Notes under the pieces: model-generated
Databases searched by the model: none
Told to the model about the DNA's origin: nothing
What the model saw: the letters and a program-made list of their open reading frames with translations, nothing else
Shown: positions 56,441 to 64,000 of the stretch, in pieces
How positions within the stretch are numbered: the stretch's first letter is position 1
Layout: every line of letters starts with the position of its first letter
Origin: an uncultured Thermotogae bacterium
GTDB taxonomy: Bacteria > Bipolaricaulota > Bipolaricaulia > UBA7950 > UBA9294
Reading direction: 5' to 3'
Length of the DNA: 64,000 nucleotides
NCBI GenBank assembly: GCA_964608345.1
Contig: CAZSNG010000001.1
Location: 6,299-70,298 of the forward strand
Made by a program: the position numbers and the translations under genes

Positions 56441-57522
56441 CCAGCCGCCTCCTTCGATGCGCAGACCATCGCGGCGATCCGATCGCCCATCTCAGCGGTT
56501 CCGACCGTCGAGCGGGACGGCCCGGCCAGGTCAGGTGTCCGAACTCCCTCTGCGAGAACGCGATCGACGGCTCGCTCCACCGCGACCGCCTCATGCTGCA
56601 GGTCGAGCGAGTGCCGAAGCAACATCCCGACCGAGAGGATTGTACCGATCGGATTCGCGATGCCTCGGCCGGCGATGTCCGGCGCGCTCCCGTGCACTGG
56701 CTCGTAGACGCCCGGTCGCCCGTCGCCGAGCGATGCCGAGGGGAGCATGCCGAGCGAGCCGGCGAGCATCGACGCCTCGTCGCTCAGGATGTCGCCGAAC
56801 ATGTTCGGGGTCAGGAGCACGTCGAAATCGGTCGCCCCGCGCAGGAGCCGCATCGCCGCGGCGTCGACGAGGACGTGCTCGACGCGAACCTTCGGGAACT
56901 CCTCCGCCACGTCGGTCACGGCCCGTCGCCAGAGGCGGCTGCACGCCAGCACGTTCGCCTTATCGATCGATGCGACGGAGCCCCGGCGCTCGCCGGCGAT
57001 CCGGAACGCAACGCGGGCGATCCGGACGATCTCCGCTCGGGTGTAGCGCATCGTGTCGAACGCGATACCGTCGGAGCTCGCTTCCCGGCGGTCGCCGAAG
57101 TAGATCCCCCCGGTCAGCTCGCGAACGACGATCAGGTCGGTTCCCTCGATCCGCTCCGGGCGGAGCGGCGATGCGTCGAGCAGGGCGGGAGACAACCGGA
57201 CTGGGCGGAGGTTGGCGTACAGGCAGAGCTTCTCTCGCAGCCCGAGCAGCCCCTGCTCCGGGCGGATGGCGGCGGTCGGATCGGCCCACTTCGGGCCGCC
57301 GATCGCGCCGAGCAGGACGGCATCTGCGGCGCCGCAGGCGGCGAGGGTCTCCTTTGGCAGCGGAGAGCCGGTCGCGTCGATCGCCGCGCCACCGATCGGG
57401 TGCTCGGAGCAGTCGAAGTTGTGTCCGTACGTCTCTTCGACGGCGAGGAGCACCTTGATTCCCTCGCCGACGACCTCGGGGCCGACCCCGTCCCCGGGGA
57501 GCACGACGATCTTCGCGTTCAT
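56437..57522 (-). CDS. leuB: 3-isopropylmalate dehydrogenase
   Basis: [17 protein letters not shown] is the canonical N-terminus. The ATGA overlap with the ilvD start is seen in sequence. Confidence 0.9.
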   Translation of the reverse strand: MNAKIVVLPGDGVGPEVVGEGIKVLLAVEETYGHNFDCSEHPIGGAAIDATGSPLPKETLAACGAADAVLLGAIGGPKWADPTAAIRPEQGLLGLREKLCLYANLRPVRLSPALLDASPLRPERIEGTDLIVVRELTGGIYFGDRREASSDGIAFDTMRYTRAEIVRIARVAFRIAGERRGSVASIDKANVLACSRLWRRAVTDVAEEFPKVRVEHVLVDAAAMRLLRGATDFDVLLTPNMFGDILSDEASMLAGSLGMLPSASLGDGRPGVYEPVHGSAPDIAGRGIANPIGTILSVGMLLRHSLDLQHEAVAVERAVDRVLAEGVRTPDLAGPSRSTVGTAEMGDRIAAMVCASKEAAG

Positions 57523-59114
57523 GTGGTGTGTCCTTTCGATGGGGCGCCGACTTCGGCCGGCGCCGGGCAGAGGGCGTACTCGAGCGCGTCGGCCAACGCG
57601 ATCCAGCTTGCCTCGATGATGTTGTCCGAGCAGCCGACGGTGCTCCACGAGCGAGCGCCGTCGCTCGACGTGATCAGCACGCGGGTCTGGGCGGCCGTCC
57701 CGACCGTCCCGTCCAGGATGCGAACCTTGTAGTCGGTGAGGCGGACGGAGCCCAGTTGCGGGTGGGCCGGCAGCAGGGCCTTGCGGATCGCGGCGTCGAG
57801 CGCGTTGACCGGGCCGTTCCCGTCGGCGGCGGTGTGGACGGTCCGCTCGCCGACCCGCACCTTCACCGTCGCTTCGGCCGTCATCGTGCCGTCATCAGTG
57901 CGGCGGATCAGCACGTGGAAGTCGACGAGCTCGAACGGAGGGCGGTAGTCGGACTCGGTGCGTCGGATCATCAGCTCGACCGAGCCGTCGGCCCCCTCGA
58001 ACTGGAATCCGCGTCCCTCGAGTTCCTTGATCTGGGAAAGGACGGTCGTGGCGATGTCGCGATCACCGAGCGCCAGGCCGAGCTCTTCGGCCTTCTGCAG
58101 GACGTTTCCGCGGCCGGCGAGTTCGGAGACGACGATCCGGGTTCGGTTCCCGACCCGATCCGGCTCGACGTGTTGGTATGTCTCGGCGCGCTTTCGGAGC
58201 GCGTCGACGTGCATTCCGCCCTTGTGAGCGAACGCGCTCGATCCGACGTAGGCGTGGTGCGGATCGAGCCGCTGATTGGCCAGCTCGCTGACGGCGCGCG
58301 CCGTCTCGCTGAGCCGGGCCAGCTGCTCGTCCCGAACGCAGTTGGCGCCGAGCTTCAGCTGAAGCGTCGGGAGGACCGAACAGAGATCGGCGTTTCCGCA
58401 CCGCTCGCCGTACCCGTTGATCGTCCCCTGCACGTGAAGCGCTCCGGCCTCGACTGCCGCAATCGTGCCGGCGACCGCGGTCTCGATGTCGTTGTGCGCG
58501 TGAATGCCGAGCGGCATCGAGACCGATCGTCCGACGGCTTCGACGACCGCTCCGATCCCCGATGGGACGGTGCCGCCGTTCGTGTCGCAGAGCACGACGA
58601 CATCGGCGCCCGCCTCGACGGCGGCGTGCAGCGTCTCCAGTGCGTAGGCCGCATCGGCGCGATGCCCATCGAAGAAGTGCTCCGCGTCGTAGATCACGCG
58701 CCGGCCCACCTCGCGGAGGTATGCGACGGTCTCGCCGATCATCCGCAGATTCTCGTCCGGTGTCGTCCCGAGCACCTCGGTCACGTGAAGGAGCCAACTC
58801 TTCCCGAACACGGTCACCACCGGGGTTCCCGCCTCGATTAGTGCGGCGAGGTTGGCGTCGTCCTCGGCGGCGACACCGGCGCGGCGCGTGCTGCCGAAAG
58901 CGGCGATCTGCGCGTGGGCGAGCGGGAGGTCAGCCACCTGCCCGAAGTACTCGCGGTCCTTCGGATTCGATCCGGGCCATCCGCCCTCGATCATGTCGAT
59001 GCCGAGACGATCGAGCCACCGGGTGATCTTGAGCTTGTCCGCCAGCGAGAATGAGAGTCCCTCACGCTGGGCACCGTCGCGCAGCGTCGTGTCGTAGAGG
59101 GTGATACGCCTCAT
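57519..59114 (-). CDS. cimA: (R)-citramalate synthase (LeuA-related, TIGR00977-type)
   Basis: [53 protein letters not shown] is the signature N-terminus of the CimA clade. 531 aa with a LeuA-like C-terminal domain. Confidence 0.75.
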   Translation of the reverse strand: MRRITLYDTTLRDGAQREGLSFSLADKLKITRWLDRLGIDMIEGGWPGSNPKDREYFGQVADLPLAHAQIAAFGSTRRAGVAAEDDANLAALIEAGTPVVTVFGKSWLLHVTEVLGTTPDENLRMIGETVAYLREVGRRVIYDAEHFFDGHRADAAYALETLHAAVEAGADVVVLCDTNGGTVPSGIGAVVEAVGRSVSMPLGIHAHNDIETAVAGTIAAVEAGALHVQGTINGYGERCGNADLCSVLPTLQLKLGANCVRDEQLARLSETARAVSELANQRLDPHHAYVGSSAFAHKGGMHVDALRKRAETYQHVEPDRVGNRTRIVVSELAGRGNVLQKAEELGLALGDRDIATTVLSQIKELEGRGFQFEGADGSVELMIRRTESDYRPPFELVDFHVLIRRTDDGTMTAEATVKVRVGERTVHTAADGNGPVNALDAAIRKALLPAHPQLGSVRLTDYKVRILDGTVGTAAQTRVLITSSDGARSWSTVGCSDNIIEASWIALADALEYALCPAPAEVGAPSKGHTT

Positions 59115-59629
59115 GGTCCGGCCCTCCGCTGCGGCAGGTCGCCTGCCGCGATCCGTGCCCGGGTGTGCGCCGCCAGGCCGCCGGCCCGAAGGATCTCCGT
59201 CATGAACGGTGGGAACGGCTCGAACGCGGTCTCCGCATCAAGGGTCAGGTTACGGATCCGCCCGCCTTCGAGATCGATCTCCCACTCCTGCCCGGCGACC
59301 GCCGTTGCGACGGCGTCCGGGCAGACGACGATCGGCAGGCCGATGTTGATCGCATTGCGGTAGAAGATCCTCGCGAAGCTCGCCGCGACGACACAGCCGA
59401 CGCCGACCGCCCGGATCGCCAGCGGCGCGTGCTCTCGCGAGGAGCCGCAGCCGAAGTTCTCCCCCGCGACGATCAGATCCCCCGGTCGAACTGCGTCGGC
59501 GAAGCCGGCGTCGATCCCCTCCATGCAATGCCGTGCCAGCTCGTCCGGATCTGACGTGTGCAGATAGCGTGCCGGGATGATCGCGTCGGTGTCCACATGG
59601 TCGCCGAACCGCCAGATTCGTCCCTTCAT
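59111..59629 (-). CDS. leuD: 3-isopropylmalate dehydratase small subunit
   Basis: 172 aa aconitase swivel domain. Confidence 0.9.
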   Translation of the reverse strand: MKGRIWRFGDHVDTDAIIPARYLHTSDPDELARHCMEGIDAGFADAVRPGDLIVAGENFGCGSSREHAPLAIRAVGVGCVVAASFARIFYRNAINIGLPIVVCPDAVATAVAGQEWEIDLEGGRIRNLTLDAETAFEPFPPFMTEILRAGGLAAHTRARIAAGDLPQRRAGP

Positions 59630-60921
59630 GTCACGACCTCCTCGGGGTGCGCGAGTCGCCCGGCGATCGCTGATGCGGCAGCGACGGCCGGCCCGGCGAG
59701 AACGACCTCGCTATCAAGCGAGCCCATCCGGCCGCGGAAGTTGCGGTTCGTCGTGGACACCGCCCGCTCGCCCGCCCCGAGAACCCCCATGTGTCCGCCG
59801 AGGCACGGCCCGCAGGTGGGCGTCGAGACCGCCGCTCCCGCCTCCAGGAAGACGTCGACCAGGCCTTCGCGCACGGCGTCGAGCTGAACCGTCGGGCTGC
59901 CGGGGATGACGATGCACCGGACGTCGGGATGGACTGCCCGTCCGCGCAGAACCTCGGCCGCGGTCCGCAGATCCTCGATCCGCCCGTTGGTGCACGATCC
60001 GATGACGGCCTGATCGATGCGGATCGATCCGGCTTCGCGGACCGGCCGGACGTTCGAGGGCAGATGCGGCAGCGCAACGTTCGGCTCGACCGACGCGACG
60101 TCGATCTCGATCGTCTGGGCGTACGACGCGCCGTCGTCGGCAGCGAGTGCGCCGGCGTCTCGCACCGCGCGCCCGTCGAGGTAGGCGAGTGCCTCCTTGT
60201 CGGCCGGGAACAGCCCGGCCTTGGCCCCCGCCTCGATCGCCATGTTCGCGATCGTGAACCGCGCGGCGATCGGCAGACGGTCGAGCGTCGATCCACCGAA
60301 TTCGAGGGCGGCGTAGGTCGCGCCGTCGACGCCGAGTCTCCCGATTGTCTCGAGGATCAGATCCTTGCCTCCGACCCACTGCTGTTGATCCCCGCGAAGC
60401 GTGACGCGGATCGTCTTGGGGACGCGCATCCAGGCGCAGCCGGTCGCCATCGCCACCGCGATGTCCGTCGAACCCATCCCGGTGGCGAAGGCGCCAAGCG
60501 CACCGGCGGTGCAGGTGTGCGAGTCGGCGCCGACGATCACGTCGCCGGGAAGGACGAGCCCGAGCTCGTGCAGAAGGACATGCTCGATCCCGGCGCGTCC
60601 GACATCGTAGTGATGGACGATCGATTGCGAACGGGCGAACGATCGCAGGATCGAGGCCTGCTCCGCCGATGCGATGTCCTTGTTCGGGGTGAAGTGATCG
60701 GCGATCAGAACGATTGCCTCCGGGTCGAAGACGGCCTCCACGCCGAGGGACCCGAATTCGCGGATCGCGATCGGCGCGGTGATGTCGTTGGCGAGTACGA
60801 GATCGACGGCGACCTCGATCAAGTCGCCGGGGCGTGCCGGACTGTGTCCGGGGGCGGATCCATCGCCGTCGACGATTCGGTGCGACGACAGGATCTTCTC
60901 GGCGAGGGTCTGCGGCGTCAT
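59626..60921 (-). CDS. leuC: 3-isopropylmalate dehydratase large subunit
   Basis: 431 aa aconitase-family protein with Fe-S Cys ligands. Confidence 0.9.
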   Translation of the reverse strand: MTPQTLAEKILSSHRIVDGDGSAPGHSPARPGDLIEVAVDLVLANDITAPIAIREFGSLGVEAVFDPEAIVLIADHFTPNKDIASAEQASILRSFARSQSIVHHYDVGRAGIEHVLLHELGLVLPGDVIVGADSHTCTAGALGAFATGMGSTDIAVAMATGCAWMRVPKTIRVTLRGDQQQWVGGKDLILETIGRLGVDGATYAALEFGGSTLDRLPIAARFTIANMAIEAGAKAGLFPADKEALAYLDGRAVRDAGALAADDGASYAQTIEIDVASVEPNVALPHLPSNVRPVREAGSIRIDQAVIGSCTNGRIEDLRTAAEVLRGRAVHPDVRCIVIPGSPTVQLDAVREGLVDVFLEAGAAVSTPTCGPCLGGHMGVLGAGERAVSTTNRNFRGRMGSLDSEVVLAGPAVAAASAIAGRLAHPEEVVT

Positions 60922-60928
60922 TGGTTCA

Positions 60929-62740
60929 CTACCCTTCGCTTGATGCTTGCCGCAGCTTGCGCATTGTCCTCGCCAGGCTCGCCTTCCTCAGGGCGGTGGG
61001 ATCCCAATGAAGCGCCCATCCCTCGATCTCTGCCTCTTCGCGGTGCGACGGACCGGTCGGCCGCTCGAAGCCGGCGGGCGCCGTCTCGGCGTCCTGCTCG
61101 GTTCGCGTCTCTTCGTCTCGTTCCTGCATGCGATTCTCCTTTGCTGCTCGTTTCCGTTTGGGTTCTCCCGCCGCGCCGTCGTGCGGCGCCGCGGCTTGTT
61201 GTTCGACCAATCGATTCAACGCGTTGATGTACGCGTGCGCGCTGGCCACGAGGATGTCGGTGTCGGCGCCGTACCCGCCGATTCGCATCGGAAGCCCGTC
61301 GGCGCTGATGCGAACCGACACGGCTCCCTGCGCGTCGACCCCCTCGGTGACCGCGTGAATGCGGAACTCCTCCAGCCGGCTCGGGGCGCGGACGATCGCG
61401 TCGATCGCGCGATAGATCGCATCGACCGGTCCGGTGCCGACGGAGGCACGGACGTGCTCCTGTTCGTCGGGGCCGAGGAGACGGGCGGTTGCCGTCGACA
61501 GGCCCGGCCGCCCGGCGACAACCTGGAGATCGACCAGCCGGTATGCGTCGTCGGACCGATGCACCAGGTCGGCGATCAGTGCCTCGACGTCGGCGTCGCT
61601 GACCTCGCGCTTCTTTCCGGCCAGCTCTTTGAACCGGTGGAACGCCGCCTCCAGCTGTGCCGGTTCGAGCTCGTATCCGAGGTCACGAATGTGTTCGGCG
61701 AAGGCATGCTGGCCGGAGTGCTTCCCGAGCACGAGGCTCGAGTTGGCGAGGCCGATCGCTTCGGGGCGGATGATCTCGTAGGTCGCCTGGTTCTTGAGGA
61801 CGCCGTCCTGATGGATTCCCGACTCGTGGGCAACCGCGTTTGCCCCGACGATCGCCTTGTTCGGCTGGACCGGGAGGCCGGTGTAGTGGCTGACCATCCG
61901 GCTGGCCCGAGCGATCCGGGTCGTGTCGACGCGGCTGCCAAGGGCGAAGTGATCCTGCCGCGTCGCAAGCGTCATGACGACCTCCTCGAGCGCCGTGTTT
62001 CCGGCACGCTCGCCGATCCCGTTGATCGTCACTTCAGCCTGACGTGCACCGGCGTGGAGGCCGGCGAGTGTGTTCGCGGTGGCCATCCCGAGGTCGTTGT
62101 GGCAGTGGACGGAGATGACGACCGACCCGTCGGACGGCGCTTCGGCGACGATCCGCCCGATCAGCGCCCCAAACTCGTCTGGGACGGAGTAGCCGACGGT
62201 GTCCGGGACGTTGATCGTCGTTGCGCCGGCGTCGATCGCCGCGGCGACCATCTCGCACAGGAAGTCAGGCTCGGCGCGGCTGGCGTCCTCGGGGGAGAAC
62301 TGGACGGCGTCGCAGTACGACCGCGCTCGGGTGACTGCCGCACGCGTTCGCTCGATCGCTTGCGCGCGCGTCATCCGCAGCTTGTGCTCGAGGTGGAGGT
62401 CCGACGCGGCGAGGAAGGTGTGGATTCTCGGCTGCTCGGCGTCGCGAACCGCCTCCCACGCGACGTCAATGTCGGCGTCGGTGGCCCGCGCCAGGGCACA
62501 GATTGCTGGGACCCATCGACCGCCGTCCCGGCCGACCTCGCGCGCCACCCGTTTGACGGCGAAGCGATCATCGGGAGAGGCGGCCGGAAAGCCGGCCTCG
62601 ATCACGTCGACCCCCATCCGGGCGAGCCACCGCGCGATCTCGACCTTCTCCGCCGCGGACAGACTGACCCCGGGCGACTGCTCGCCGTCGCGGAGCGTCG
62701 TGTCGAAGATCCGGATCCTGTCCGCCTGCTCTCGATGCAC
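60929..62740 (-). CDS. leuA: 2-isopropylmalate synthase with ~95-aa charged C-terminal extension
   Basis: Carries the FDTTLRDGEQSPG catalytic N-terminus and the regulatory domain. The ORF continues about 95 codons past the usual LeuA end into low-complexity K/R/E-rich sequence. Confidence 0.85.
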   Translation of the reverse strand: MHREQADRIRIFDTTLRDGEQSPGVSLSAAEKVEIARWLARMGVDVIEAGFPAASPDDRFAVKRVAREVGRDGGRWVPAICALARATDADIDVAWEAVRDAEQPRIHTFLAASDLHLEHKLRMTRAQAIERTRAAVTRARSYCDAVQFSPEDASRAEPDFLCEMVAAAIDAGATTINVPDTVGYSVPDEFGALIGRIVAEAPSDGSVVISVHCHNDLGMATANTLAGLHAGARQAEVTINGIGERAGNTALEEVVMTLATRQDHFALGSRVDTTRIARASRMVSHYTGLPVQPNKAIVGANAVAHESGIHQDGVLKNQATYEIIRPEAIGLANSSLVLGKHSGQHAFAEHIRDLGYELEPAQLEAAFHRFKELAGKKREVSDADVEALIADLVHRSDDAYRLVDLQVVAGRPGLSTATARLLGPDEQEHVRASVGTGPVDAIYRAIDAIVRAPSRLEEFRIHAVTEGVDAQGAVSVRISADGLPMRIGGYGADTDILVASAHAYINALNRLVEQQAAAPHDGAAGEPKRKRAAKENRMQERDEETRTEQDAETAPAGFERPTGPSHREEAEIEGWALHWDPTALRKASLARTMRKLRQASSEG

Positions 62741-62762
62741 GCGTGCCTCCCTCGGACGGCCG

Positions 62763-63821
62763 CTACGGACCGTCCGCGCCCTCGGGTCGGAGAGATCGAA
62801 CGACCTCCCCGGCCTGCCACATCTCGGACTCCCGCATTTGCCGGAGCTCCTCGCTCAGTCGGTCCTGGTAGTCGGGGACAGAGTTCGCTTCGAGAACGAC
62901 GCGCGTCTCCTCGCCGGAGACGACGCGGGCATACAGATCCTCGAACACCGGCGCGACGGCCGCCTTGAACCGCGGCAGCCAGTCCAGTGCACCACGCTGC
63001 GCGGTCGCGCTGCAGTTCGCGTACATCCAGTCCATTCCGTTTCGGCCGACGAGCCGGATCAGGCTCTGGGTCAGCTCCTCGACAGTCTCGTTGAACGCCT
63101 CGCTCGGCGAGTGGCCGTGCGCGCGCAGCGTCTCGTACTGCGCCTCCATGACGCCGGCGAGGGCGCCCATCAGCACGCCACGCTCGCCGGTCAGGTCGGA
63201 GTGCACCTCCTTCTCGAACGTCGTCGGGAAGAGGAAGCCGGAACCGATCCCGATGCCGATCGCCACCGCTCGCTCGGCCGCCCGGCCGGTGGCGTCCTGA
63301 TGGACGGCGTAGCTGCTGTTGATCCCGCTACCTGCCAGGTAGTTGGCGCGAACCGACGTACCGGACCCCTTGGGGGCGACGAGGAAGACGTCGACCTTCG
63401 GCGGCGGAGCGACACTCGTCTGGTCGCGATACGTCACCGAGAAGCCGTGCGCGAAGCAGACGGCACTCCCGTCGGTCAGGTGCGGTTCGATCGACGGCCA
63501 CAGCGCGCGTTGGCCCGCGTCCGAGACCAGGAAGAGGACGATCGTCGCGTCGACAATCGCGTCGGCAAGCGGCAGGAGCGTTTCGCCCTCGACCCAGCCG
63601 TCGCGAAGCGCCTTCGTCCACGACCGCGTGCGCTCCGGCGGGAGACCGACGCGGACGTCGAAACCGTTGTCGCGCAGGTTCAGGCCCTGCGCCGGTCCCT
63701 GGACGCCGTAGCCGACGACGACGATCCGCTCGTCGCGGAGCGTCTCGCGGGCTCGCTCCAGGGGGTACTCCTCGCGGGTCACGATCTCCTCTACGACGCC
63801 GCCGAAACTCATCTTGGCCAT
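62763..63821 (-). CDS. ilvC: Ketol-acid reductoisomerase
   Basis: Carries the NADPH-binding VVGYGVQG. The start is either ATG 63821 or TTG 63824. Confidence 0.9.
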   Translation of the reverse strand: MAKMSFGGVVEEIVTREEYPLERARETLRDERIVVVGYGVQGPAQGLNLRDNGFDVRVGLPPERTRSWTKALRDGWVEGETLLPLADAIVDATIVLFLVSDAGQRALWPSIEPHLTDGSAVCFAHGFSVTYRDQTSVAPPPKVDVFLVAPKGSGTSVRANYLAGSGINSSYAVHQDATGRAAERAVAIGIGIGSGFLFPTTFEKEVHSDLTGERGVLMGALAGVMEAQYETLRAHGHSPSEAFNETVEELTQSLIRLVGRNGMDWMYANCSATAQRGALDWLPRFKAAVAPVFEDLYARVVSGEETRVVLEANSVPDYQDRLSEELRQMRESEMWQAGEVVRSLRPEGADGP

Positions 63822-64000
63822 CAACTGCCTCCTTCGTTCGCCGCCGGGTCCGACCTGGTCGGGGGCGACGCATCGATTCCGCTCTCGATTTCTCCGCGCA
63901 GCATGGCCACGCGGCCGGTGCGCACCAACTCCAGGATTCCATGCCCGCGGAGCGCCTCGACGACCGTGTCGATTCGCCGCTCGCTGCCGGCGATCTCGAC
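63821..64000 (-). CDS. ilvN: Acetolactate synthase small (regulatory) subunit, C-terminal fragment (5' part outside window)
   Basis: The minus-strand frame reads ...LELVRTGRVAMLRGEIESGIDASPP and ends with TGA, which overlaps the ilvC start. Confidence 0.7.
   Translation of the reverse strand, partial: VEIAGSERRIDTVVEALRGHGILELVRTGRVAMLRGEIESGIDASPPTRSDPAANEGGS

Noticed and set aside
63328-63942. 204-aa minus-strand ORF spanning the ilvC start
   Set aside because: It is out of frame with the well-supported ilvC and ilvN reading frames, which meet with a TGATG overlap at 63819-63823.
1-64000. Mobile elements, CRISPR arrays, tRNA/rRNA genes
   Set aside because: No transposase/integrase-like ORFs, no regularly spaced direct repeats, and no tRNA-like conserved T-arm sequences were seen in any intergenic region. 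The only local compositional anomaly is the ~180-bp AT-rich promoter island at 29.15-29.32 kb.

Overview
High-GC (~68-70%) bacterial chromosomal window with three parts. (1) 0.5-10.4 kb, plus strand: a complete aromatic amino-acid supraoperon (AroH chorismate mutase, PheA, DAHP synthase with N-terminal regulatory domain, TyrA, AroA, AroE, AroC, a fused AroK-AroB, AroQ, and a class-I aminotransferase). Every gene junction overlaps by 4 nt (ATGA/GTGA), or 11 nt in one case. Upstream sit a near-consensus sigma70 promoter, a 26-codon leader ORF ending ...AAFFYYFWC, and an intrinsic terminator, which together read as a classic aromatic attenuator. (2) 10.5-54.7 kb: an accessory-like stretch. It includes penicillin-acylase-family and VIT-VWA proteins, a cystathionine gamma-synthase-like PLP enzyme, a DUF4389 membrane protein, GNAT acetyltransferases, a YecH-like protein, two diverged copies of a whole cold-shock (csp) transcription unit, two PKD-repeat lipoproteins, two paralogous secreted proteins of unknown family, and three divergent beta-rich secreted paralogs (one in a MacB/FtsX-type ABC exporter module). 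It also holds an AT-rich island with back-to-back consensus promoters and perfect palindromes in front of a small ORF and two MBL-fold hydrolases, plus a PadR-regulated Fe/B12-type ABC importer, an ABC-F ATPase, a tandem TIGR04076 pair with esterase and MFS, a truncated UDG-family glycosylase remnant, and DppA. (3) 54.8-64.0 kb, minus strand: a branched-chain amino-acid operon (ilvN partial, ilvC, leuA, leuC, leuD, cimA citramalate synthase, leuB, ilvD), again with ATGA-coupled junctions. No rRNA, tRNA, CRISPR array, transposase or integrase was found. Many alternate-frame ORFs in the track are high-GC artefacts. Taxon is uncertain; a GC-rich Gram-positive or Chloroflexi-like lineage is a guess only.
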